Assembly (NCBI GenBank): GCA_040880805.1
Contig: JBBDHW010000060.1
Location: 655-64,654, forward strand
From: Acidimicrobiia bacterium
GTDB taxonomy: Bacteria > Actinomycetota > Acidimicrobiia > IMCC26256 > DASPTH01
Reading direction: 5' to 3'
DNA length: 64,000 nucleotides
The position numbers and the translations under genes were made by a program. Below are positions 42,815 to 52,714 of the stretch, piece by piece (the first letter of the stretch is position 1; every line of letters begins with the position of its first letter). The notes beneath the pieces are model-generated. The model saw nothing but the letters and a program-made list of their open reading frames with translations, was not told the origin of the DNA and did not search any database.

Positions 42815-44491
42815 TCACGATGTGGCTCCGCCGCTGCTCGGGCAGCCGTTGCACGGGTAGTCGGGTGGGACGTCGGCGGCGGGAAGAGTTGTCAGCACGT
42901 TGATGGACTTGGACTTGTCGAAGAATGCAGGCGCCTTGGAGGAGAGTTGGCCGCGGAGGAAGCGCTTGCCGCCACTGAGGAACTGATAGACGCCCTTCGA
43001 GTCGGGGAGGTTCACCGCGACGGAGGGTCCTGCGGTGTCGGGATCCCACCAGAACAGCGCGACGTCACCGCCCGTCAGGTACTCGTCGTAGGGAAGCTTC
43101 GCCACCTTTCCGTAGAAGCGGCCCGCCGAGGCCACCTGTCCCTCGGCCGCGCCGCCGACCGGCGGCCGCGAGAACATCCCGGCCTTGTAGTTCCCCGGGG
43201 TCAGTTTCGGGCCCGCCATGTGGATCCCCGCGTAAAGGAGCTCCAGATCGGTGACGACCGCCTGGCTGTACACCCCCGCGTTCGGTCCCCAGTACCACTG
43301 GAACGCGACGTCGGACGGTCCTGCCGTCTGACCCTGCACTGGCACCCAGAGCCCGGAGACTCCGAACGCGTGCTTCCACTGGTCCTGGTCGAAGGTGCGG
43401 GCCAGCGCGCCAACGTCGACCAACCCGACACCCATCACGATCCACTCGGGGTGGTAGTCGTTCTTGGACGCGGCGGTCGTGAGGGCCGCGGTCATCTGGT
43501 AGTCCGATGGCAGCACGAGCACGCTCGTGACACCGGAGTCCTTGAGCTTCGCGACCAGGGTGGGCGCGGCTTCCTGCGCAGCCGTACTCAGCTGGGAGGC
43601 ATCGAGCGGCGGCGCGTACGTGAGGTCCTGCGCCAGCTTCACGCCGTGCTTCTTCAACTCGTCGAACGCGGGCTGGAAGTCAGGAGCCGTCGCCGCGTCT
43701 GACCGCACCGTGCCGAACACTCGCTTCTTCGTTTGCAGCGACGTGTCACCGGCGTGCTCCGCCGGCTTGCCCGCGAGGACCTTGATGATCAACTCGGCGC
43801 CGAGCAGCGCATTGGCGGCGAAGTCGAGGCTCAACGGCCAGCGGTACGGGGACTGGGCGATGCTCAGCTTGTTCGGAGCCATACCTCCGAGCGCGAGGAT
43901 CTTCTGCTTGGCGATCGACGACAGGAAGACCTCATCACCGACGAGGTCGATGACCGCGAACGGCTTCATCGCGGCGATCTTCACTGCGTCGGCGCGATTG
44001 GCGGCCTCGTCGGTGCCCGACATCTCCACGACCGAGACGTCGAGCTTGCGGCCCCACTGCTGATAGGTCTTCTCGAAGATCGGCAGCGAATCGCGCAGCG
44101 CGGCCTCGACGTTGGAGAACTGGCCGGTGGCGCGATCTTTGATGGGGCTCCGGCCCTCGTTGGTCGTCTGGTCGGGCGCCTTCCGGATGACGACCTTGAT
44201 CGAGTCCTCGGTCACGCCCTGGTACGTGGACCCGCCGTTGTTCGCGTTCTTCGGCCACGGCTTCACACACGGCAGCCACCCCTGGTACACGAACCTGATC
44301 CGTCCGCGCTGCGCGTCACACTGCGGACCGTTGAGCGCAGCCTTGGTCCCGACGCCGTTGTTGACAGCAACGACGCCTGCGTTGGCTGCCGTGAGTGCAC
44401 TCAGCAGGAGCATGGCGATGAGCGCGCACGCACCTTGGCCGGTGCGCCGTGCCAACGGCCTGGTTGTGTGTGACATGGTGGATCCCCCCAT
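42815..44491 (-). CDS. Large secreted solute-binding protein (type I periplasmic-binding fold), paralogue of 34038..35840.
   Basis: The signal peptide is ACALIAMLLLSALTAANA. The sequence GGSTYQGVTEDSIKVV resembles that of the paralogue. The Cys tail reads YPCNGCPSS. Confidence 0.65.
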   Translation of the reverse strand: MGGSTMSHTTRPLARRTGQGACALIAMLLLSALTAANAGVVAVNNGVGTKAALNGPQCDAQRGRIRFVYQGWLPCVKPWPKNANNGGSTYQGVTEDSIKVVIRKAPDQTTNEGRSPIKDRATGQFSNVEAALRDSLPIFEKTYQQWGRKLDVSVVEMSGTDEAANRADAVKIAAMKPFAVIDLVGDEVFLSSIAKQKILALGGMAPNKLSIAQSPYRWPLSLDFAANALLGAELIIKVLAGKPAEHAGDTSLQTKKRVFGTVRSDAATAPDFQPAFDELKKHGVKLAQDLTYAPPLDASQLSTAAQEAAPTLVAKLKDSGVTSVLVLPSDYQMTAALTTAASKNDYHPEWIVMGVGLVDVGALARTFDQDQWKHAFGVSGLWVPVQGQTAGPSDVAFQWYWGPNAGVYSQAVVTDLELLYAGIHMAGPKLTPGNYKAGMFSRPPVGGAAEGQVASAGRFYGKVAKLPYDEYLTGGDVALFWWDPDTAGPSVAVNLPDSKGVYQFLSGGKRFLRGQLSSKAPAFFDKSKSINVLTTLPAADVPPDYPCNGCPSSGGATS

Positions 44492-44504
44492 TAGGTGATG
44501 ATGC

Positions 44505-45599
44505 TCAGAGCCCGTAGAGCGTGGCGCAGTTCTTCCAGAGGATCTTGGCCTTCTCCTCGTCGCCGAAGGGCGTGAACCACTCGTCGGTGAGTGCTTTGGA
44601 GTTCGGCCACGTCGTCTCGGAGTGCGGGTAGTCGCTCGCCCACATGATGTTGTCGATGCCGATGTGCTCGCGTTCGCGCAGCCCGACGGGGTCTTCCATG
44701 AAGGTGCCCAAGACCTGACGGCGGAAGTAGTGGCTCGGCGGTTCGGTCAGCTCGCTCTTGGTCCAGAAGCGGTGCCTCTCCCAGAGGTGATCGGAGTAGT
44801 ACTGGAAAAAGGAGATCCAGCCGATCTGGCCTTCGACCGCAATGAACTTGAGCTCGGGGTAGCGCTGCATGACGAGGCCGTGGATCAGCTCCGACACCGA
44901 CTCTGCCATCGTGAGCTTGCTCATCACGAGGCCGGTCATGAAGCGGGGCGCGCTGTCGTAGATGCTGGCGGTCGGGGTGCCGGGACGGCGGCCGCCGACG
45001 TGCAGACCGATGGGCAGGCCCGTGTTGCGGAACGCCTCCCACATCGGGTTCCACTTCTCGTCGCCGTAGTCGCCCTCGGGCGGGAACAGCGGGATGTACC
45101 CGCCGGCGAGGCCGGGCTGCGCGGCGGCGAAGCGGAGCTCTTCGGCGGCGCGCTCCGGCGTGTCGATCGGGATCGCCGCCATCCCGAGGAGCCGTCCCGG
45201 CGCGTACGACGCATAGTCGGACAGCCACCGGTTGTACCCGCGCACGCTGTTGAGCCGCAGTGCCGCGTCGGACGACATCAGGGGACCGCCCACGTAGAGC
45301 ACCTCGGCGTCGACGCCGTCGGTGTCCATGTCCTCGATGCGCGCCGCCGGATCCCACGCTCCCGACCGCTGCTCGTCGAGCTTGCGCACGTTGAGCGAGA
45401 ACTCCTCGGGCTTCTTCCCGGCGAGATTGTCGAGGGTCATGATCGGCGTCCGTCGTCCTTCGAAGACACGGACGTCACCGTCGTCGGTGTGCTCGACGCG
45501 CGGGGCGCGGTCGCGAAACTCGGGGTCGAGGTACTCCTGCCACGCCACGTCGGGCATGGTGACGTGCGAGTCCGACGAGATCAATCTGTACTCCGTCAC
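44505..45599 (-). CDS. Amidohydrolase_2-family metal-dependent hydrolase.
   Basis: Motifs are LISSDSHV.MP near the N-terminus and IMWASDYPHSE near the C-terminus. Confidence 0.8.
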   Translation of the reverse strand: MTEYRLISSDSHVTMPDVAWQEYLDPEFRDRAPRVEHTDDGDVRVFEGRRTPIMTLDNLAGKKPEEFSLNVRKLDEQRSGAWDPAARIEDMDTDGVDAEVLYVGGPLMSSDAALRLNSVRGYNRWLSDYASYAPGRLLGMAAIPIDTPERAAEELRFAAAQPGLAGGYIPLFPPEGDYGDEKWNPMWEAFRNTGLPIGLHVGGRRPGTPTASIYDSAPRFMTGLVMSKLTMAESVSELIHGLVMQRYPELKFIAVEGQIGWISFFQYYSDHLWERHRFWTKSELTEPPSHYFRRQVLGTFMEDPVGLREREHIGIDNIMWASDYPHSETTWPNSKALTDEWFTPFGDEEKAKILWKNCATLYGL

Positions 45600-45621
45600 T
45601 GCAATCCTCCGTGTCGAGGCG

Positions 45622-46860
45622 TCAGGTCACGACGCCGTTGCCCTTCAGCTTCACGATGTCATCCCAGTCGAACCCGAGCTCGAGGAGCAGCAACTCGGTG
45701 TGCTCACCCTGCTCGGGCCCGCGGCGCAGCGACGCGGGTTGCTCGTCGAACTGGACCGCGCCGGCGGGTACGCGGAAGTTGCCGCCGTCGTGCTCCACCT
45801 CGACGAGGTAGCCGTTGGCCACCACCTGAGGATCCTCGATGACCTCGGGCACCTGTGCGTACGGCGCCCACGGGAACCGGGCGCCCGAGAACGCCTCCCG
45901 CCACTCGGCGAGCGTGCGCGACTTGAACAGGGGCTCGAGGATGTCGACCATCTCCGCCGGGTGTTCGAGGATGGCGGCGCCAGTGGTGAAGCGCGGATCT
46001 TCGAGCAGGTCCGTCCGGTCGATGGCGCGCGCGAGGTCCGCCCAGTGACGGTCGGGCTGGAGGAGCAGCAGGCTGAGGAATCGGCCGTCCTTCGTCTCGT
46101 AGGTGTTGCTCAGCGGATTGGGCGACATGCGCGCGGCCTGGCCGGCCACCGGAGCGGCGGCGAAGTTTCCCTGCAGCGCCGAGAGCACGTCCGACGCGAG
46201 CGTCCAGACTGCGGTGGCGAGCAACGACACGTCCACGACCGACGGCTCACCGGACCGCTCGCGTCGGTACAGCGCGCCGGCGATTCCGAACGCGAGCTGC
46301 ACCGCGCCGTTCCGGTCGCCGAAGCCGCCACGCTGATTGATCGGTCGTTCGACCGAGGGCGGTGTCAGCGTCGCGCCGAGCCCGCCCCGGGCCCAGTAGG
46401 CAGTGGCGTCGTAGGCGGGCTGGTCGGCGTCCGGCCCGCGCACGCCGTGGCCGTGCCCGCGGGCGTAGATGATCTTGGGGTTGACCGCCCGGAGGTCGTC
46501 GACGCCCAGGCGCAGCTTCGCGAGCGTCGACGGCAGGAAGTTCGTGGTGAACACGTCCGCCGTCTCGACCAGGCGCAACAACAGATCGCGGCCCTCGGCG
46601 GAAGCGACGTCGAGGCCGATGCTGCGCTTGCCGCGGTTGTGCATCTCCATCGACTGGTTCACTCCGCTCGCCGAGAGCCGGAGGATGCCCTGGCTCACGA
46701 GGCCGCGGTAGCCGTCACCGGTGACCGGATGCTCGATCTTGATGACGTCGGCACCCCAGTCGGCGAGCAGCGCGCCGCACGCGGGCACGAACACGAATTG
46801 GGCGAGCTCGACGACACGGACGCCCTCGAAGACGGGCACGGACGGCCCGGCGACGGTCAC
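45622..46860 (-). CDS. Family III CoA-transferase (paralogue of 31788..33005).
   Basis: Motifs are GVRVVELAQFVFVPACGALLADWGADVIKIEH and NRGKRSIGLDV. The GTG at 46860 overlaps the stop of the aldehyde dehydrogenase (GTGA). The rest of the 947-aa track ORF is out-of-frame read-through. Confidence 0.88.
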   Translation of the reverse strand: MTVAGPSVPVFEGVRVVELAQFVFVPACGALLADWGADVIKIEHPVTGDGYRGLVSQGILRLSASGVNQSMEMHNRGKRSIGLDVASAEGRDLLLRLVETADVFTTNFLPSTLAKLRLGVDDLRAVNPKIIYARGHGHGVRGPDADQPAYDATAYWARGGLGATLTPPSVERPINQRGGFGDRNGAVQLAFGIAGALYRRERSGEPSVVDVSLLATAVWTLASDVLSALQGNFAAAPVAGQAARMSPNPLSNTYETKDGRFLSLLLLQPDRHWADLARAIDRTDLLEDPRFTTGAAILEHPAEMVDILEPLFKSRTLAEWREAFSGARFPWAPYAQVPEVIEDPQVVANGYLVEVEHDGGNFRVPAGAVQFDEQPASLRRGPEQGEHTELLLLELGFDWDDIVKLKGNGVVT

Positions 46861-48359
46861 GGGTTGCCGACCGCCAAGTGCTTCACCTGCTGGAACGACC
46901 GGATCCCTTCCACGCCGCGCTCTCGACCGATGCCACTCTGCTTGTAACCGCCGGAAGAGGCGTAGGCGCCGCTGTAGCCGCCGTTGACCTGCACCGCGCC
47001 GGCGCGGATTCGCTCCGCGATGCTCGTTGCCAGCGCGAGGTCGCCGCCGAACACCTGCCCCGACAAACCAAAGATCGAATCGTTGGCGATCTCGACCGCG
47101 TGGCCGAGGTCGCGGTACCCGAGCACGCACACCACCGGACCGAAGATCTCGTCCTGCGCAGCTGGGTTCGAGTTGTCGGGCACGTCGAGCACGGTCGCTT
47201 CGAAGAAGTACCCGCGCGGCTGGTCGGCGGGTCGGCGGCCGCCGGCGGCCACGGTGGCACCGGCCTCGACGGCCGCGGCGACGTAGCGCTCGCAGCGCTC
47301 GCGCTGCGCAGCCGAGATCAGTGGCCCGACGACGGTCGACGGGTCGCTCGGGTCGCCGACCTTGAGGTTCGACGCGATCGCGGCCGCCTGGGTGACCACC
47401 TCGGACTTGCGTTCCTCGGGAACGAGCATCCGGGTGGGCGCGACGCACGCTTGGCCGGCGTGTGCCGCGAACACGCTGACGCATCCCATCGGCGCACGTT
47501 CGACGGCGTCGTCGAGGTACAGCTGGACCGACTTCCCGCCCAGCTCGAGCAGCACGCGCTTCACCGTCGGTGCCGCCTGGGCCATGATCGCCTTCCCCAC
47601 CGTGGTGGAGCCGGTGAAACTGACGCAGTCGACGGCAGGGTGTGACGACAGCAGCTGACCGCCTTCGACACCGCCTTCGACGACGACGTTGAGGACACCG
47701 GCAGGCAGCCCGACCGCCTCGGCCGCCTCTCCGATCACGAGCGTGGCGATCGGTGTGAGCGGGCTCGGCCGCACGATGACGGTGCTGCCCGTCAGCAGCG
47801 CAGGGACGAACTTCCACAGCGGCGTCTGCAGCGGGAAGTTGTACGCGGCGATCGCGCTGACGACGCCGATCGGCTCGTAACGCATCATGCTCGCCGTTAC
47901 CCGGTTGCCCAGAATCATCTCTTCCAACGGGCGTTGCGTGAGCTCGACTTCGGGCATGGTGCGGTAGATCTCGCATGCAGCCCGCAGATGGGCGAGCGGC
48001 ATCCCGACTTGCGCGCCCAGCATCGACGTCGTGGCTCCGGCCTCGGCGGTGAGGGTCGCGCCCAGCTCCTCGGCGCGGCCGGCGAGGTACTCGCCGAGCG
48101 CGAGCACGGCGTCGATGCGCTCCTCGCGCCGGAGCCCGCTCCACACGCCGCGGTCGAACGCGCGGCGGGCGGCCAGGACGGCCTCCTCCATCTGCGCGAG
48201 CGACAGCGCCTCGACCTGAGCGATGACCTCTTCGGTGTAGGGGTTGTCGACCGCGAGGGGCGCTCCGTCGCCGGGGACGAAGCGCCCGTCGACGTACGAC
48301 TGGCGGATGTCGGCAATCTTCGAGGGCAGGTCGTTCGAGCGATCCACTTGTGTTCGCAT
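46857..48359 (-). CDS. NAD(P)-dependent aldehyde dehydrogenase.
   Basis: Motifs are FTGST.VGK, LELGGKS, GQAC and EEIFGPV, and the 500-aa length fits. Confidence 0.92.
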   Translation of the reverse strand: MRTQVDRSNDLPSKIADIRQSYVDGRFVPGDGAPLAVDNPYTEEVIAQVEALSLAQMEEAVLAARRAFDRGVWSGLRREERIDAVLALGEYLAGRAEELGATLTAEAGATTSMLGAQVGMPLAHLRAACEIYRTMPEVELTQRPLEEMILGNRVTASMMRYEPIGVVSAIAAYNFPLQTPLWKFVPALLTGSTVIVRPSPLTPIATLVIGEAAEAVGLPAGVLNVVVEGGVEGGQLLSSHPAVDCVSFTGSTTVGKAIMAQAAPTVKRVLLELGGKSVQLYLDDAVERAPMGCVSVFAAHAGQACVAPTRMLVPEERKSEVVTQAAAIASNLKVGDPSDPSTVVGPLISAAQRERCERYVAAAVEAGATVAAGGRRPADQPRGYFFEATVLDVPDNSNPAAQDEIFGPVVCVLGYRDLGHAVEIANDSIFGLSGQVFGGDLALATSIAERIRAGAVQVNGGYSGAYASSGGYKQSGIGRERGVEGIRSFQQVKHLAVGNP

Positions 48360-48434
48360 GCGACCCCGCTAGAACGATAGTCTCGGGTTGGCAGACCGTA
48401 GCTCTTCCCCGGCGGGCGTGCCAAGGCAGAGGAG

Positions 48435-49193
48435 GTGACGGTCGCGGTGCCGACACGTCATGCACGGAACGCGGCGATGAGCGAGAACACCGGCGCGCGG
48501 TCCGCCGGGTCGACGCAACGGACGAGGCGCACCGGACGGGCGGGGCCTGGGGAGCAGCCGCGGCAGTGGGAAGTCCGGGCCGCGCTGCGGGCGATGGACC
48601 GGGTCGGGGACAACGGCGGTCGAAGCATCGCTCACGACATCGTGGACGCGGCGTGGGATCTCATGCTCACGAGCGAGGTCACTGACTTCACGGTGAAGCA
48701 GGTCGCCGAACGCGCGAACGTCGCGTTGCAGACGCTCTACCGACACTTCGGCAGCAAGGACGAGCTGCTCCTCGCCATGTTCGAGGAGGCGATCGACCAG
48801 GGGTCGAGGGCCTTCATCGCCGAGAGTGCCCGCTATCAACCCGTGGAACGACTGCATCACCTGGTGACGGCACCGTTTCTGTTCACCTACGACGATCGCG
48901 CGCAACGTATCAATCGCTGGCGAGCCCGTGAGCGCCAGCGACTCATCGAGGCGTTTCCCCACGAAGTGGAAGCCGTCGTCGAGCCGTATCGCGCCGCGGT
49001 CGTCGACGCGATCGTCGCGGTGTGCGATGCCGGCGACGGTTCGTGCGACGATCCCGAGATGGCGGGGACGATCGTGACGCACCTCGTCCAGACGATGACG
49101 CTCGCGGTCCACGGCGGGGGCCTCGTCGCGGACTCCGAGGCACTCGCCGAACGAGTGTGGCGACTCTGCTGGCAGGGGCTCGCCATCCGCTGA
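48435..49193 (+). CDS. TetR-family transcriptional regulator.
   Basis: The HTH reads FTVKQVAERANVALQTLYRHFGSKDELLLAMFEE. It is divergent from the operon encoding ALDH, CoA-transferase, amidohydrolase, solute-binding protein and thiolase. An alternative start lies at 48477. Confidence 0.85.
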   Translation: MTVAVPTRHARNAAMSENTGARSAGSTQRTRRTGRAGPGEQPRQWEVRAALRAMDRVGDNGGRSIAHDIVDAAWDLMLTSEVTDFTVKQVAERANVALQTLYRHFGSKDELLLAMFEEAIDQGSRAFIAESARYQPVERLHHLVTAPFLFTYDDRAQRINRWRARERQRLIEAFPHEVEAVVEPYRAAVVDAIVAVCDAGDGSCDDPEMAGTIVTHLVQTMTLAVHGGGLVADSEALAERVWRLCWQGLAIR

Positions 49194-49304
49194 GCGTCAG
49201 CGGTGTGCGCGACGCATCGAGATCTCGATCAGACGGGCAGCTCGAGCGTCGAGCCCCGAGCGATGGGGGCGAAGGCACGCCGAGCCATCGTTCATCCTGA
49301 CCGC

Positions 49305-50243
49305 TCAGTGGGCGGCCGCGGCGTGCTCCCGCAGCGCGGGAACGACGTCGCCAAGGAGCCGGTTGACAACCGGTTGGGGGTCGCCACCCGCGGTGGCCGG
49401 GCTGAACACGAAGTGCCGCGCCCCCGCGTCGTGGAACGCCCGCAGCTTCGTCGTCACTTCCTCGACGGTCCCCGCGGCCGCGACGCTGTCGACCATGGGA
49501 GCGAAGTCCTGGTTGTAGGTGCCGCCCATCGATCGCGCCGCCTCCTCGCGCGCGGTGTCGCCGTCGGGGTTCACGTTGACGAACACGAACACGTACCACT
49601 CGAACGCCGACAGGTTGCGGGCGATCTCGGCGGCCGCTTGCTCGACCGTCTCCACCGAAGCGGCGTAGCGACGCGGCGAGTAGAGATACGGGAACCACCC
49701 GTCACCCAACGTCGCGGCGCGCCGCATCGCCGGCTCTTGGCGACCGGCCACGACGATCGGCGGACCACCGGCCTGCACCGGCGCGGGATGGATCCGCACG
49801 TCCTGCATCGAGTAGTAGCGGCCCTCGTGGGTGATCTCCTCCGCGGTCCAGAGGCGCCGGATCAACGGGATCATCTCGTCGGCGCGGCGGCCGCGTTCGT
49901 TCACCGGCACCTGGCAGGCGCGGAACTCCTGCGGGTACTCGCCGCCGACGCCGACGCCGAGGATCACGCGCCCGTTGGTGGCGCGGTCGAGGTCGGCGAT
50001 CTGTTTGGCGACGAGCGCCGGTGGGTAGAGCGGCAGGAGCAGGATCGACGTGCCGATCGTCACCCGCTCGGTCAGCGCCGCCAGCCGGGCGAGGCCCATC
50101 ATCGCCTCGGGGCTCGGGTTGCGCGACGCGACGTGCCCGCCGACCCACAGCGAGTCGACGGCTTCCTCGAGCGCAGTGATCCGGCGCGCGTCGCCGCCAC
50201 CCACCAGCCCGATGCGCACCTCACCACTGCCGGTCGTCGTCAA
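49305..50243 (-). CDS. LLM-class (luciferase-like) F420/flavin-dependent oxidoreductase.
   Basis: Motifs are LWVGGHV, RVTIGTSILLLPLY.P...AK..A.LD..TNGRVILGVGVGG. The TTG start at 50243 has GGAGG 7 nt upstream. Confidence 0.8.
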   Translation of the reverse strand: MTTTGSGEVRIGLVGGGDARRITALEEAVDSLWVGGHVASRNPSPEAMMGLARLAALTERVTIGTSILLLPLYPPALVAKQIADLDRATNGRVILGVGVGGEYPQEFRACQVPVNERGRRADEMIPLIRRLWTAEEITHEGRYYSMQDVRIHPAPVQAGGPPIVVAGRQEPAMRRAATLGDGWFPYLYSPRRYAASVETVEQAAAEIARNLSAFEWYVFVFVNVNPDGDTAREEAARSMGGTYNQDFAPMVDSVAAAGTVEEVTTKLRAFHDAGARHFVFSPATAGGDPQPVVNRLLGDVVPALREHAAAAH

Positions 50244-50334
50244 CGGAGCACCTCCGCTCCTCGGGCGCGCTCGTCAGCGACGCCGGCGCCTCGCCATCGC
50301 ACCTTATCTAGGTGCTGCTATAGCGTTCGCCGCC

Positions 50335-51366
50335 GTGCAACACACCGCCGTTCCGACGACGCTCGACGCGGTGCTCGACCCGGAGTGGCTCGGCCAGGCG
50401 CTCGACGACATCGGCGGCGGTGACCGCATCGTCAGCGTCGAGGAGGTCGACTCCTCGAAGACCCTCGCGACAAAAGTCCGGTTCCGGCTGACGCTCGAGG
50501 GCGCCGACGGTGCGCGGCAGACCCGGGCGTACTGCGTGAAGGCGCACCTCGACGGGTCGCCCGGGGCCGACATCCTGTCGGAAGCCCGCTTCTACGGCGA
50601 GCTCGCGCCGCGGCTCGACGTGCGCTCGCCGCGGGCCTACTACACGGCCGTCGACGACGCGGCGCAGCAGGCGATCATCATCATGGACGACGTCGTCGCG
50701 AACGGCGGTCGCTTCCTGAACGCGCACACGCCCTACTCGCTCGACACCACCCGCGACACCCTCGGCCAGTTGGCGCGCCTGCACGCGGCGACGTGGGGTT
50801 GCGACGACGTCGCCGACCTCGACTGGCTCACCCCGCGCGTCGCGTCCATGGCCGACATGTTCCCCATGGACCAACTCCAGTTGCTCCTCGACGACGGACG
50901 CGGGCCCGACATCGCGCCGGAGCTGCGCTCGGCGGAGAACGTCGCGGAAGCGATGCGGCGTACCGGCGCGCACGAAGTGACCTGTGTGATCCACGCCGAC
51001 CCGCACTCGGGAAACTCGTACCTGGATGGGGACGGCCGAGCGTGTTGGCTCGACTGGCAGATCGTGCAGCGCGGCAACTGGGCGACCGACATCAGCTATC
51101 ACCTGGCGACGGTCCTCGATATCGAGACTCGACGGGCGCACGAGGCCGAGTTGCTCCGTCACTACCTCGGCGAGCTCGAGTCGCTCGGCGCGCCGGCGCC
51201 GACGTTTGACGAGGCGTGGGAGCAGTACACGCTCAGCTTCTCGTACGGCTATTTCCTGTGGGTCATCACGCGGATCAGCTCGCGCGCGGTCGTGCTGGTC
51301 CACATCCCGCGCCTCGCTGCGGCGCTCACCGACCACGACACCTTCGGTCGCCTCGGCGTGGTCTGA
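50335..51366 (+). CDS. Phosphotransferase-family protein (APH / ecdysteroid-kinase-like fold).
   Basis: It carries HADPHSGNSYLDGDG.ACWLDWQ (the catalytic-loop HxDxxxxN followed by DWQ). I chose the GTG at 50335; the ORF track starts it at 50050, inside the divergent LLM gene. Confidence 0.7.
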   Translation: MQHTAVPTTLDAVLDPEWLGQALDDIGGGDRIVSVEEVDSSKTLATKVRFRLTLEGADGARQTRAYCVKAHLDGSPGADILSEARFYGELAPRLDVRSPRAYYTAVDDAAQQAIIIMDDVVANGGRFLNAHTPYSLDTTRDTLGQLARLHAATWGCDDVADLDWLTPRVASMADMFPMDQLQLLLDDGRGPDIAPELRSAENVAEAMRRTGAHEVTCVIHADPHSGNSYLDGDGRACWLDWQIVQRGNWATDISYHLATVLDIETRRAHEAELLRHYLGELESLGAPAPTFDEAWEQYTLSFSYGYFLWVITRISSRAVVLVHIPRLAAALTDHDTFGRLGVV

Positions 51367-51370
51367 CATG

Positions 51371-52714
51371 TCAACCGAACAGCACGGGGATCGCGGTGGC
51401 GCCGCGCTCGTACATCCCGATGAAACGCGGAGGCTCGGCGTCGGGGTCGAGACGAAGGTTGGGGAGCCGGTCGAGCAGCGCGCCGATCCCCACCGCCATC
51501 TCGGCGCGTGCGACGTGCATGCCGATGCAGATGTGCGGGCCGCTGCCGAAGGCGAGCGTCGGTTTGGGAGCGCGACGCACGTCGAATTGCTCCGGCCGAA
51601 CCCAGCGCGCCGGATCGCGGTTGGCCGCGCCGATGCAGAGATGCAGCACCGCGCCACGCGGGAGCTGCACGCCGTGGAAGTCGACGTCGCGGGTGACCCA
51701 GCGCGAGAACATGGGATCCGTCGGCATCCACCGCAGCGACTCCTCGATTGCCGACCGCAGCAGTTGCCGGTCTTCCCTGACCGCAGCGAGCACATCGGGT
51801 CGCTGCAAGAGCGCGGTGATCGTGATGCCCATCTGCTTCCACGTGGTGCCCGAGCCCGCCGCGAGCAGGAGCATGGCGAACGAGTAGACCTCCGCGTCGG
51901 AGAGGCGATGGGTCACGCCATCGTCGTCGGTGTACTCGGCCTCGACGAGCACGCTGATGAGGTCGTCGCGTGGTTTCTCGCGCCGGGCGGCGACGATGGG
52001 CTCGAGCATCTCCACGATCTCCATCGGTCGCTGGAGCGACTCCCGGATGACCAATGCCTGCTCGACCGGCACACCGAAGCTGCCGGTGATGGTGAGCACC
52101 GGGATCGCCGCCGCGAAGTCGACGTTGAGCTCGGCGCGACCGTCGTCGACGAACCCGTCGATGAGCAGGTGCACCGTGCGCTCGATCCAGTTCGCGATCC
52201 ACCACTGGGCCTTCGCCGGCACGAACGACGGCTGGACGAGCGAGCGGTATCGACGGTGCCGGGCACCGCCCATCGACAACATGCTGCTCGTCACGCTGAT
52301 GTCGTCGGCTTCCGGGCCGGCGGCGTCGGGTGACGACGCGAACACCTCATCGTCGCGGTACGCGGTGTCGCAGCTGGCGAAACTGAACGCGGAGAAGTGC
52401 GGTCGGTCGGGAAAGGGGAGACCATGGAACGAGGCTGCGCCGGCGTGGCCCGTCAACTCGTGCACCGTGCCTTCGTGCACCGCGGCGCGCGCTCGCAACT
52501 GCGCCCACATCGGATAGGGGTCGTCCGTGTAGTCGCCGCCGGAGTGCGCGTTGTAGCTGCTCCGCAGATCGAAGAGCCGGCGAAGCTGCTCGCGGTCGAG
52601 CGTCTGCGTGTCGTCCACCTCGCTCATGTCTTCCGCTCCTGGCGGCTGCGCCGCCGGGCCGCTCGGACCCCGCTCGCTGCTCGCCGGGATACCCGCCTCC
52701 GCGCGCTCGCTCAT
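51371..52714 (-). CDS. Cytochrome P450 (paralogue pair B with 40032..41291).
   Basis: The haem loop is FGSGPHICIGMHVARAE. The ATG at 52714 overlaps the SDR stop (ATGA). A shorter start (MSEVDD, about 52627) is possible. Confidence 0.9.
   Translation of the reverse strand: MSERAEAGIPASSERGPSGPAAQPPGAEDMSEVDDTQTLDREQLRRLFDLRSSYNAHSGGDYTDDPYPMWAQLRARAAVHEGTVHELTGHAGAASFHGLPFPDRPHFSAFSFASCDTAYRDDEVFASSPDAAGPEADDISVTSSMLSMGGARHRRYRSLVQPSFVPAKAQWWIANWIERTVHLLIDGFVDDGRAELNVDFAAAIPVLTITGSFGVPVEQALVIRESLQRPMEIVEMLEPIVAARREKPRDDLISVLVEAEYTDDDGVTHRLSDAEVYSFAMLLLAAGSGTTWKQMGITITALLQRPDVLAAVREDRQLLRSAIEESLRWMPTDPMFSRWVTRDVDFHGVQLPRGAVLHLCIGAANRDPARWVRPEQFDVRRAPKPTLAFGSGPHICIGMHVARAEMAVGIGALLDRLPNLRLDPDAEPPRFIGMYERGATAIPVLFG

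Noticed and set aside
45622-48465. 947-aa minus-strand ORF
   Set aside because: Only the C-terminal 412 aa (CoA-transferase, start 46860) are credible. The N-terminal 535 aa are an alternative frame of the aldehyde dehydrogenase gene, which has its own clear motifs.
48360-48476. Search for a palindromic TetR operator in the ALDH/TetR divergent spacer
   Set aside because: Only an imperfect partial palindrome (AGAACGATAGTCT) was seen, which is not convincing without a comparative alignment.
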